Positions 51,839-62,019 of a DNA stretch of 64,000 nucleotides are shown piece after piece (position 1 is the first letter of the stretch; each line of letters starts with the position of its first letter). The stretch spans positions 186,001-250,000 of the forward strand of contig CM106586.1 of the NCBI GenBank assembly GCA_048013815.1, written 5' to 3'. Position numbers and translations under genes: made by a program. The stretch comes from Setoptus koraiensis (Eukaryota; Animalia; Arthropoda). Below the pieces are notes generated by a model. It ran no database searches, had not been told where the DNA came from, and was given only the letters and a program-made list of their open reading frames with translations.

Positions 51839-53605
51839 TTAGAAATCATCCTCAAATTGAAAAGACTCCGATGAGCAATCCTGATCCAATTCGACGAGCT
51901 GACCTTCTTTCGCATAGCAAGTTTTGATGTACTCAAATAACTCTTGTTTGGGCGAATTTAGTTCAATTGATTTTTGGACACATTCGAAGTACCCTGCTAT
52001 AATATTGTATAGAGTGGAAACGTTTACTCTTCTTTCTATCATATAACAGTATATATCGTAGATTTCTTTTTTCAATTCTTTATTCAAGAAAGTGAAATAT
52101 AGAATGTCTCTCTCGGCTTGGGAAGCTGCCAGTAACTGAATAATAAACTTCAAATGTTTATCTCCGCCAAATGCACCACATCCCCAATTGCCCGTGGCCA
52201 CTGCGATCTTAATGTCATGACATCTTGCTTTGAACCCACAATAAGCTTTGTTGAGTTCTCTATCTATATAGGTTGGCTTGAATTGATTATAATGTGAGGC
52301 CCTTGTGAACATCTTGGCATCCATTGCTACTACTCGATGCATGCGTCGTCTCCAACTATCAACAGGTGTTTCATCGACAAAATTACCCTTCCACCTAAAA
52401 GTATTGGAGTAACCGTCGTAGGTGTTGTATTGTTCAGCACCAGATATGAAAATTACTTCGTAGTCCAGTAGTCTTTCACAGAATAATCTCGATATAATCA
52501 TTTCTGGACAAATAGAAAACATTATCTCTTCTTGTACACAACCATGTGACAATATGCCCCCTCCAATCATTTGATTTGCAAAATCTACTTGGAGCATGCC
52601 GCGACCTTCTTTCTCAATCCTACCGTCCCATGAAATAGACAGTCGGCATAAGGGTTTTTTTGAACATGTCCAGTCAACAGGGTCTTCTTGATTCAGTGGC
52701 ATCCGAGTAAAACTGATAACTCCGATTGGATTTGTGTCGGTAACTCTCTTGAAATAGTTTATAATACATTTTAACTTTTCAGCTTTGCAACTATTGGATC
52801 CGGATAGTAACCTGAGTTTACATTGTTGATTGAAAGAAAAAAAAGTGGACGATTATAGATCATGATACACACAATAACAATCAGAGAGTGGGCCAAAACT
52901 ACACATGTTCAATTAACCAAGCACTTACCTCCAGAAATTAATATCTGGATAATTCTTATATAGAGTAGAGTTTCTTTTTGGAAATAAACATAAAAAAGCA
53001 TTGGCCATTAAACAAGCTACTTGTTTTTGACTTAGGACCAAAGTCTTAGATTTGTTTTGAGATAGCAGTGGCACAGGTTGAGTCACTATTTCTGGTAGAG
53101 ACAATGCGAGCTCAATGATTCTGGGTAGCAAATTTTGAAAAAATTCCAAGGTCATTGTATCACTAACAGAATCTAGTACGTCCCTAAGCACATTAAAGTT
53201 AAATTCGCTATAGGCTGGATTCAAGTGCTTAATGACTTTTTCCAAATGATCAACTGACTCTATTTTGATGCCTCGCAGTTCGGTGTTAATGAGTTGCCAC
53301 TTCCAGGTAGTACCACCATCTTGTCTAGTTATCATATTGGATGAGTCACATGGTAATAAAACAACTTGTCCCTCCTCATCTTGGCTAATGTGTCTGTAGA
53401 ATTTGGGCGTTGGTGACGGGCAGATTGTGTCCACAAGTGGGGTATCGAACAATATCAATAGTCCTTTGTTAGGTTTCAAGGGCTTCAATTTTAGCGGGCA
53501 GTTTGGCCAGCGATTGAGATCGTTAATGCCGAACGGTAGCTCGTCCACATCGATAAATTGAGCTACTCGAGGAGATTGTGAAGAAGACAACAATGAAGTG
53601 TTCAT
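51839..53605 (-). CDS. PARG: Poly(ADP-ribose) glycohydrolase, 2 exons, ~549 aa
   Basis: join(complement 52929-53605, 51839-52811) with a 117-bp GT-AG intron. LQVDFANQMIGGGILSHGCVQEEI (GGG-X6-QEE catalytic motif), RELNKAYCGF, VATGNWGCGAFGGD. Confidence 0.97.
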
Positions 53606-53787
53606 GATGTTGAACTTCTAGGTAAAAATTGATCTTATACTATATACAATTTGTTTTTTCTATTATAAAATATGCAGGAGAAATATCGGAACCTCTTGAT
53701 AGGAACAGCACAGTTCTCTTTCGGCCGTGCTGCGCACGGCACAATCATTTGTCGAGTTATGTCGTGCCGTAGCGTCCCGCTCCCGTA

Positions 53788-53840
53788 CACACCCACCTAC
53801 AATCCGCACACCCACCTACAATCCGCACACCCGCGTACAA
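53788..53840. repeat. 19-bp tandem repeat x~2.8 (CACACCCACCTACAATCCG)
   Basis: Two perfect units (53788-53825) and one degenerate unit, upstream of PARG. Confidence 0.9.
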
Positions 53841-54016
53841 TATTTTTAAAGCGTCATCGCAACCAACCAACCAAACCAAAGTGCAGTATTGAACCCAGAC
53901 GGGCGCCCATCGTCCACTTACATATATTATCACCGAATTGAATCATTTCATAAAGCGTGTTCGCGAATAAACACTGTAGAAGCGAGCGTGGCGTTTTCAG
54001 TTCAAGAAAAAATCTT

Positions 54017-54326
54017 TTAGCGAGCACCCTGTAAATGGCTCAAGCCGAGCCCGAAAGTTTCCAAGACGCCATGAGTGGAGAGCATGCAGCGCAGTGGAGA
54101 GAGGCCGTAAACATCGACCGAAGACAATAAAACTTGGTCGATTGAACGTCCATCGCAAGTCGGGATCGCCGCATTCAGTTTACCTGGACTACTGCTAGCC
54201 CTCACCTCATACAGTCTCTACAGAGGGAGAGACCTCACCAAACTAGCTACACCAGCAGGATGTTAAGGGCATTCGACATGGGCCTACCATTATAAGCGAA
54301 TTGCCACACGGTATGACCAGCTTTTT
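54017..54326 (+). ncRNA. Candidate structured ncRNA, possibly a reduced RNase P/MRP-type RNA
   Basis: GC-richer intergenic island with several stems (GGCTC/GAGCC 54037-54051; TCGACC-G-AAG/CTT-GGTCGA 54114-54141; GTCTCT/AGAGAC 54214-54233). GAAAGTTTCC follows the first hairpin, TTGAAC follows the second, TGGACTAC lies at 54185, and T5 at 54322. Suggestive only. Confidence 0.3.
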
Positions 54327-54618
54327 CGTATTCTTTTTTCTTTAAAATGTTTATTATTTGGACTCCGTCGCGAGGTTACAATATCTGATACATGTATTAC
54401 ATTGATTTACGATAGTTGGACTAAATGAGAATGATTTGGAATAAATTGTCACTAAACAATGACTTTTGACACTTGATATTGTCATGAGTTCAACATTGGA
54501 TTATTATAAATTCTGAATCAAATTCAGATTAAATTTTCATGCATTTCCCCTTGAAACGGACGTTGGTTAAAACAATTAAGCAGAATTGATTGGTTTGACT
54601 CAATTTGATAAATACCAA

Positions 54619-57501
54619 TTATTCTCTATAGAATTGATCACCAATTCGGCTCATTGATAGAGGCTCAGGCATAGATTTCAAAATATTCTTCCATTGGCTA
54701 TTGGATTGGCGTGAATTGCGCCAGCCTTGGTCATCGTTGTCTCTGTTATTGTTGCCACTATAGTTGTAGTCTTGATAACCATTCTTTTGACTATTCCTCT
54801 TTGGATTGTATGAGGGGCTTGATACCCTCTCTCCATTACGCAATCTTCTCCTACTGCTTGAAGGAACCGGAAGTTGTTCGCCAAACTTACCATAGATGGC
54901 AACAACTGCTTCCTTATCTTCTTTGGTATTAGTCTTGATACCCCCCTCAAAATATGGATGCATTATCGATGCGCGCTTTCGAAGATTGTGACCAATCCCA
55001 AGCGCATGACCAATTTCGTGAGTCAAAACAGATTCTAAATCAATGTCAAAGACGCCAAATATATGCGATTCTGATCTTGAATTGATTGGCTTACTAGTTG
55101 ATGCTTGCTGCTGCTGGCCGAGGACAGGTAATTGCTTACTCTGGTGCAATTGTGCTTGAATAAATCGAGTGGCTAGTTCATATGCCACTGTGTTATTATT
55201 GATATTATGCTGATTATAGTTGTTGCTGTTTATATTGGTGATGTTGTTGCTGTTGGTCTTATTGCTATCATTATTAATGATATCGCCGGTGCTGTTGTTG
55301 TTAATGCTATTAATCTTGTTGTTGATGGTTTTGTTAGTGCTGGCTTTTATGGTGTTATTGATTTTGCTGGTGTTACTCATATTTTTGTTGTTATCTTTGC
55401 TAATCACTACACTGTCTGTATGCGATAGCTTGATTGGAGATGAATTTTTCTGCTGCGATGTGTTTGTGTCTACCGATACCGAAGGTAATAAAGTTTGTGC
55501 CTCATTCGCATTGGTATTATTAGTATTTTCTTTGTTTTGTGTAACCGTATAAATGGATTCTAATAGTTTCGGTATATCTATAGCACCGCTTCTAGCCAAA
55601 TTAGTTACCTGTCTGATAATGTCACCAGTATCAATATTCATTGCTTGCAACATTTGAAGCACTTGTTGTAGCAACTGTGGCTGTTGCTGCAATTTCTGCA
55701 GCATAGGCAACAATTTTTGTATGATCTGCGGGTTTTGCGTAAGATGAGCAACGAATTTAGGACCATACTGAGCTATTACATGTCCAATTGGAGTTGTTGG
55801 GGGCTGTAGCGTTGAATTCTGATAGATTTGTTGTTTGGTATTATCCGCTGCTTGATGGATGTCTGTTGTCGAGTTTGTAGAATTGACGAGCATGTTTTGA
55901 GAGGATCCCGAATCGGTTAGTTGACTGAGCAGGGCAGCATTTGCAAAAAAGTGTGCAGATGATGCCCCTAAATTATAATCATCAGTGTAATTTACGCTGA
56001 CCGTATTTGTATGTTCTTGTTTTAAAGGAGTAAACATCTTAGATAACGGAGAGTTTGTACTATTGGAGTGCATACTATTCACATTGGCTGTCGATTGGGG
56101 ACTTTGCGTTGTCGACAACCAACGTTTAAGCCTTCTAGATCTTCCATCACTGTGTTGAATCTCTGAATTTACACGACCAACGTCAATAATATCATCCATA
56201 CTCTCGAACAATTGTCGTTGTACCTCTAATCTGTTTATGGGCTCACTTTGTCTCTTGTTTTGGTCGTTAATCGCAAAAACTTCCGGATATTCACTGTGTG
56301 ACTCACGGTTGACCTCAGAGAATCGTGCCGAGGAAATTCTCGGCCTCGCATAGACATTCTTCGGCTCATTGGATTCACTACCCTCGATAATTTGCAAAAG
56401 TTTACTCAAATTCTTCTCTGGAGTTTTTTTCTTGCTAGTGGTAAAACCCATCTGCGTTACACCGTCATCTCCTTCGAGGTATAAAGTTTCATTAGCTGAT
56501 AATACTAAATCAGGAGCCCGGGTTGGATATTGTTTTTTTTCATAAAATGCGTTCATATTCATATGGATTTCACTGAAACCATTAGAAGTGAAAGTTTGGG
56601 CTAATTCCATTGGATCAAACCGAAATACTTTCCCGTCAAAGAGCTCCAATTTATATAATCGCTTGTCATTGAAATGAATTTGAATTTGTTCATCTTGACT
56701 CCCTTGTGTCTCATTGATTTTCACAAAGCGTATATTACTACCTGAATTTGTCGACCAGCGATCAAAAGCTTTCGCCACCAGACTGTCCAAATTGTCTCGA
56801 GGTATTCGTTTGGTATAACTAACAACACGATAACTTATTTGGCGTGCCCCTGTTGTAGCATCTACAGGATATTGTCTCAGTCGGTTGCTTATTTCGATCA
56901 TATTCTTAGTCTTACTTTGAAAATTATTTGGCCACTCAAAATCACCCGATGAATATAACTCATTATCTTGTTGGAAAATACTGTTGCCTTGATTGTTTGA
57001 TTCTAAACTCGCTCGCTGATTTACAGAACCCGATTTCTTGAAATCTTTGTTACCACATCGAAAATCGTTCTTAGATATGTACGACATAGACCTCAGAATG
57101 CTTCCAGAAATGGGTAAATCAAGTGTTTTTCGCAAAAATTCTACAGCTAACTTGAATTGAAATTCTCTGTTTTGATTAGTTATCGTTGATTCCAGGTCTG
57201 AATCGGCCATTTTCATCTCTTCACCTGACTTGGCCATATCCGAATAACCATATCTCTCCAGATAAGATTGCAATTCGAGCATTTCTTCATCATCTATCAT
57301 CAAATTAGAATTTTCTAGAGCGTCGACAAATCTTTCAGTTTGCCCAAACAAAGATGCAAGGTCTGGCGATTTTTGAGACTCAACTAGAGCTTTTTGAGAG
57401 TCTTTATGGGATGATACTCTGTACGCTGATGTTTGCCATATCAGACAAGTGAATAGCAGACTTAACGATCTTAATCTACAGCTAAATTCTGATGACAGCA
57501 T
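54619..57501 (-). CDS. Matrix metalloproteinase (M10/matrixin)-like, 960 aa, catalytic domain split by a large insertion, no hemopexin domain
   Basis: Signal peptide; prodomain LQSYLERYGY; cysteine-switch-like FRCGNKD (57063-57043); ISYRV...AKAFDRWS...IRFVKI; HEIGHALGIGH (55020-54988); Met-turn SIMHPY; EDKEAVVAIYG. Confidence 0.9.
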   Translation of the reverse strand: MLSSEFSCRLRSLSLLFTCLIWQTSAYRVSSHKDSQKALVESQKSPDLASLFGQTERFVDALENSNLMIDDEEMLELQSYLERYGYSDMAKSGEEMKMADSDLESTITNQNREFQFKLAVEFLRKTLDLPISGSILRSMSYISKNDFRCGNKDFKKSGSVNQRASLESNNQGNSIFQQDNELYSSGDFEWPNNFQSKTKNMIEISNRLRQYPVDATTGARQISYRVVSYTKRIPRDNLDSLVAKAFDRWSTNSGSNIRFVKINETQGSQDEQIQIHFNDKRLYKLELFDGKVFRFDPMELAQTFTSNGFSEIHMNMNAFYEKKQYPTRAPDLVLSANETLYLEGDDGVTQMGFTTSKKKTPEKNLSKLLQIIEGSESNEPKNVYARPRISSARFSEVNRESHSEYPEVFAINDQNKRQSEPINRLEVQRQLFESMDDIIDVGRVNSEIQHSDGRSRRLKRWLSTTQSPQSTANVNSMHSNSTNSPLSKMFTPLKQEHTNTVSVNYTDDYNLGASSAHFFANAALLSQLTDSGSSQNMLVNSTNSTTDIHQAADNTKQQIYQNSTLQPPTTPIGHVIAQYGPKFVAHLTQNPQIIQKLLPMLQKLQQQPQLLQQVLQMLQAMNIDTGDIIRQVTNLARSGAIDIPKLLESIYTVTQNKENTNNTNANEAQTLLPSVSVDTNTSQQKNSSPIKLSHTDSVVISKDNNKNMSNTSKINNTIKASTNKTINNKINSINNNSTGDIINNDSNKTNSNNITNINSNNYNQHNINNNTVAYELATRFIQAQLHQSKQLPVLGQQQQASTSKPINSRSESHIFGVFDIDLESVLTHEIGHALGIGHNLRKRASIMHPYFEGGIKTNTKEDKEAVVAIYGKFGEQLPVPSSSRRRLRNGERVSSPSYNPKRNSQKNGYQDYNYSGNNNRDNDDQGWRNSRQSNSQWKNILKSMPEPLSMSRIGDQFYRE

Positions 57502-58743
57502 TTTGTGTGAGCATTAATTGATATAGTCCTTTTGAGAGCAACTAAAAGTGCCTACAAATATTTAATTATTCAGGAAAGTTGTATGCAGGCCTCTTTAGTT
57601 GAAGCGATTACTTGTATCGGTGAAATTTTGGCGACTATCTTTTAAAACAATTCAATGCTTGTGAGTTACAGTTATTACAAATTGCCATTCAATACAACAT
57701 TTATCTTTTTTTTTTACGCTGATATGACTCACTGACTGAAAGAGAGAGAGAGAGAGAGAGAGATAGCGGCATACATTCACTCAATCTGAAGCCATTTAGG
57801 TTAAGTAACTTTAACGTGGAGCTCATCCGTCCGTTATAGAAAGCTAAAGAAATGTGTCGGATCGGCCACAAATTCATCAGAGTATCAGTTGCAACCTTAA
57901 TCGTTTATCAGAATATCAAGTAACATATAAATGCTGCCAGATCCATTCATCGAAGTTGAATATCATTCAGCTTGCACAGTTAATATGCTGTATCTCCGCG
58001 CTCAAATCCGATGAATTTTGCCGATATTCATTGTAAGTCGGCATTGTGGACACCAAACCTTACAGAAAGAAATAGAATTGCCAACATGATTTTAGTATTT
58101 TTCATCTATCGCCCTTCTCATTACCGGAAGCAACTAAATCTACTACCAGTTAGATAGCATCATGATCTCTAGAAATAGATACGTTCCGAAATGATGAATC
58201 ATTATTGATCCTCCAATAACTGTGTCACTTAACCATCAAATAAGCTAGATCATAACAGTTGTGAGGTAATCTTGATCTTGAGGTTATTTGATAGAAACTC
58301 ATCAATAGTTCACAAATTGAATAATCTTGATAGTTGGAGACCTTTTTGTCGTCACAGTTACCACAGACATCATTAGGCATCTAGACAATCCGCAGAAAAA
58401 AGCGAAACTGAAAATGTATGAACGCTACTAACCCGTTACCTTCCCTAAGGGGCGACAAATGTAAATGTCGCGATGCATAATAGCATGCACAGTGAAGAAA
58501 AGAAGTTGGCGAGGCACGGTTTTTGAGTCAATAAGGGCTTTTGCCCTTATTGAAAAGCCTTTGGAGTCAAGACCGCGTGTCATATAATTGATTGATTGAT
58601 GCTGTGACAATGCACACCAATTAGCGATTGGTTTTACATATTTCACACACTTGATTGTCTGAAAATGCTGAGACCAAGGCAACAAGTTATACTGATTATA
58701 CCAGTATAAGAGCGTTTAATTTTTCCAGTGAATGATCTTAGAT

Positions 58744-58847
58744 GTATGTAAAGGACCAGTTGCAATAAGGATCTCCAGAATCAAACTGATCTGACATATA
58801 TAAAGGACCTGTTGCATTTAGGGTCTCCAGAATCAAACTGGTCTGAC
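58744..58847. repeat. 52-bp tandem duplication
   Basis: AAAGGACC.GTTGCA.T.AGG.TCTCCAGAATCAAACTG.TCTGAC starting at 58750 and 58802. Confidence 0.9.
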
Positions 58848-58875
58848 GTTCGATTTGATTTCGTTGTATTATATA

Positions 58876-59355
58876 TCGGGTGTTGTAGCGATTAGGTCCC
58901 CACTCGGAATTCGATTAAACTTCACACACTGGCTCTATAGGGGCCCCATATCACGATTTGAGTGGTCCGGAAGTGCGGAAACTTCCGGTTCCGGAAATTC
59001 AAAAATATCGAGGTAGAGCTCTGAAAATTCAGAATCAAGTAGATAACACCTAGTGAAGAACGATGAAATCAAAATTGATCTCCCATAACTTCCGGTTCAC
59101 GAGATATCGGGGATTATTTAATCAAGAAGTGTAGCCGGATGCAGTCAGCGGACCCATTCTGTGCATAGACTGAGCAACATCATGTATTGGCTCATGTTTC
59201 AGTCAGTACATCTCAGAATTCTTCTTATTCACGCCAATGATGGTCCGTACATCCGTGCACGGATTGCAGTCATTTGAGCGGAGGGCTGAGGGCGAAGCCC
59301 GAAACCCTAAGCGCTCATCAACCCTACCCGAAGGGTTCCCGTCGCACGCAGTCGA
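58876..59355 (+). mobile_element. Interspersed repeat copy A (left arm of a long diverged inverted repeat)
   Basis: Aligns by eye with the reverse complement of 62020-62477 along its length (GCGATTAGGTCCCCACTCGGA, GGAAACTTCCGGTTCCGGA, TCAGCGGAC.CATTCTGTGC, and a 40-bp identical core). Confidence 0.85.
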
Positions 59356-59711
59356 TACTTCCTCTCCGATTCTTGATGATGCGCGTCATTGTGATGAATT
59401 CGGTTTCTATCGTCGCAATTCTTCAGCCAAGAATTTTCCATGGTTTGCAGTCACGTGACAGTGTCGATGAATTTCCTCGATTCATCGACACCTCTCGACA
59501 CGAATTGAAATCTTTCGGTGTTCCGTTAACGGGCCCCGCCCACTTGACTCCCAGCCCATTGACATCTTTTCCCGGTATGCGGGTGGGCCGCCCGCACATT
59601 TAGGTGCCGCCTGAGGGGCGTAGCCCCGAAGTGCGTGCAAAGAAGATAGATATTTACTGATTGATATAGACATTTTATTAATTTTTTATATATTTGGACA
59701 CTTGGGTATTA

Positions 59712-60077
59712 TTAGATGGATATCAATCCCTTGATTTTTGGACTCAGTAGAGTTAAAAGCTCATCGGTAGACTTGCTATCTTTAGTCGCGAGAATAGCAA
59801 GAATCTCTTTCTCTCTCTTAGCGAAAGCCTTGCCCTCTCTGTCATCCAGATTGGCCTCGACTCGATCCATCAAATCGAGCTGATAATGCTCCTCTTCTCG
59901 AAGCTTCAACAATGATTTGTGCACTCCTGGATGAGCATGTCCAACGAGTTTCTTTATCCTGCTGTGCCAGGCCTCGACAGAATTTTGAGTTCTCGGCAGT
60001 ACTCTCTCAACTAAAGACGAGACACTCCAAAACTCTTGTGAAACAAGTGATACTGATTCTATCAGTATCTCGAGCGC
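59712..60077 (-). pseudogene. Decayed MULE (Mutator-like) transposase C-terminal fragment
   Basis: Frame reads EFWSVSSLVERVLPRTQNSVEAWHSRIKKLVGHAHPGVHKSLLKLREEE. This matches the invertebrate MULE motif W(N/S)V...PRTNNxxEGWH...HHP.IW.FI..L..EQ (PRTQNSVEAWH at 59996-59964). An in-frame TAA at 60078-60080 lies upstream, with no ATG before the motif. Confidence 0.7.
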
Positions 60078-60349
60078 TTAATTTTTTGGATAGACGAGTA
60101 TCGTTGGAATATAGATGCGAGTATGTGACAACATGTCGGAGATAAACATCTATGCCTGTCGATCAGAGTAGCATAAAAGATGACAGAATAAGTACAGGTT
60201 CTCCAAATTTCTATCGCAGCATGATACACATGTCGATTGCTTGCGTATGGAATTTAGTAAGATTCTTACAGTCAGTTTCGCCGCAATGAGTAATTAAGTT
60301 AGACACAACGATTAGTCAATGGCGCAGACTTTGTTATAGTGCATCAATT

Positions 60350-60502
60350 TTGAATTTCGAAGTTCGAAATGTGACCATCGAACTTCGAATTGTCACCAAC
60401 GAACTTCAAATTGTGGCCATCGAACTCTGTACAAGCACCTGGAACTCGTATCGGAAATTCGAATTTATAATTTCGAAGTTCGAAATGTGACCATCGAACT
60501 CT
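60350..60502. repeat. 21-bp minisatellite (CGAACTTCGAATTGTCACCAA-type), two clusters
   Basis: Units cgaagttcgaaatgtgaccat, cgaacttcgaattgtcaccaa and cgaacttcaaattgtggccat; the block recurs at ~60470-60500. Confidence 0.88.
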
Positions 60503-60509
60503 TTCAAAT

Positions 60510-60645
60510 CTCCATAGAGATAACATTGTTAACGTTTAGATACTTTAACACAGGGAACAGAAAAAAATTCGTCAAAATCGTCAAAGTCAAATTCCCATAG
60601 AGTTGACATTGTTAACGCTTAGATACTTTAACACAGGGAACAGAA
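60510..60645 (+). repeat. 83-bp satellite-like tandem, cluster 1
   Basis: GATACTTTAACACAGGGAACAG at 60539 and 60622 (period 83). Confidence 0.92.
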
Positions 60646-61522
60646 AACAAGTTATACTGATCATACCAGTATAAGAGCGCTTAATTTTTCCAGTTTCCAG
60701 AATGTTGCGAGCAACATGCACAACACACAAACAGAGTATCATCAAAACGGATAGGTGTGAACATGTTCAGCTATCCCGATATTTACATGATTTACCTAAT
60801 TAAAATTAAGTGCTCTGTGAGACAGTGCTAGCTGTCTCTAGAAAGTTTCAAGAATTTATCCTGGTGAGAACAGTTTCTAAAATGCCACGTACTCAATTAC
60901 CCTTCGTGCCCGGAAATGGCTTAGATACTTCAACACAGGAATTTCTTTGTGCTAGGGAGGCGGAGCGACTTAAGTCTCAAACTTATGTTTAGCTTAATGT
61001 GTGCAAGGGAGGAGGAGTGACTTAAGTTGTCACTCCACGCTATTTGAAATAGCTTAACCTATCTCGTTATAGCATCGATCCAATTCCTCACTATACATTA
61101 ACCTCTGCATGAGCCCGAGACTTAAAATTCAATCCACCTCCCTAGTAAATGTGTGTTTGGGAGGTGGACGAACTTTCGAGTCTTAAGCTTGAAAGTACCT
61201 CCCACCTCCCATACATATTTCAGCCTACACACTCACTAAGCACTGATTATACTGGTGCTAATGTTTGCAAGCACACAGCGCGTGACTCTAGAGATCGAAA
61301 ACTGTGAATATCCACAAATAAATCGGTACGTGAATATTCACTGGCATACAAAGTCGGAGTATTCACAAGCACACAGCGCGTGAATCACCATAGCACAATT
61401 GGTGAATATCCTGTGAAATGCACGAATTCAGTATCCACCTTCATACCGTGCGTGGACATTCATGCGTGATCTTCAGGATCCTACAGCACTACATCATAAG
61501 CCCTTAATTAAAATTAAGCGTT

Positions 61523-61650
61523 AAAAATTCGTCAAAATCGTCAAAGTCAAATTCCCATAGAGTTAACATTGTTAAAGTCTAGATACTTTAACACAGGGAA
61601 CAGAAAAAAATTCGTCAAAATCGTCAAAGTCAATTCCCCATAGAGATAAC
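61523..61650 (+). repeat. 83-bp satellite-like tandem, cluster 2
   Basis: TTCGTCAAAATCGTCAAAGTCAA at 61528 and 61611 (period 83); same unit as cluster 1. Confidence 0.92.
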
Positions 61651-61890
61651 GGTTGTGGTAGCGATTAGGTCCCCACCCAGATTCTGATGAAACTTTCGAT
61701 ATAGGTTCATCTTGACCCAAATAAGACGGGAAAATAAGTCCGGAAGCCAGGAAACTTCCTGTTCTGGTTTGACATGAAGTTGAAGCAAGAGATCTGAAAC
61801 TCACCAGACCGACGTTTCAGAGAACGCTGAACACGATAGCTTACTTTTCAGCTCCGTGCGACTTCCGGTTTTCAAAATATCGGCATATTT
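61651..61890 (+). mobile_element. Interspersed repeat copy C (partial, same orientation as A)
   Basis: GTAGCGATTAGGTCCCCAC...GATGAAACTT...TCCGGAAG.C.GGAAACTTCC...ACTTCCGGTT...ATATCGG is colinear with the 5' half of copy A. Confidence 0.75.
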
Positions 61891-62019
61891 ATAGGTTTGG
61901 AAGACCGGAAGTTGACGAATCTCAGCTTCGCTTCACTCGGGTATGAACCTGCGATAGGTCTGAGAACTCAGCCTGCGGCCTCGTAATTTGGAGGCCGTCA
62001 CATCTCCGTCGTCGCTCCC

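Noticed and set aside
59286-59304. CTGA-[GGGC GAA GCCC]-GAAA, and the similar 59611-59630, as hammerhead ribozymes
   Set aside because: The essential N7-G8-A9 of the CUGANGA core is missing and no stem I/III with a UH cleavage site is evident. They are kept only as element hairpins.
60510-61650. Repeat clusters as a CRISPR-like array
   Set aside because: The units are contiguous tandem repeats with no unique spacers, in a eukaryotic context with no cas genes.
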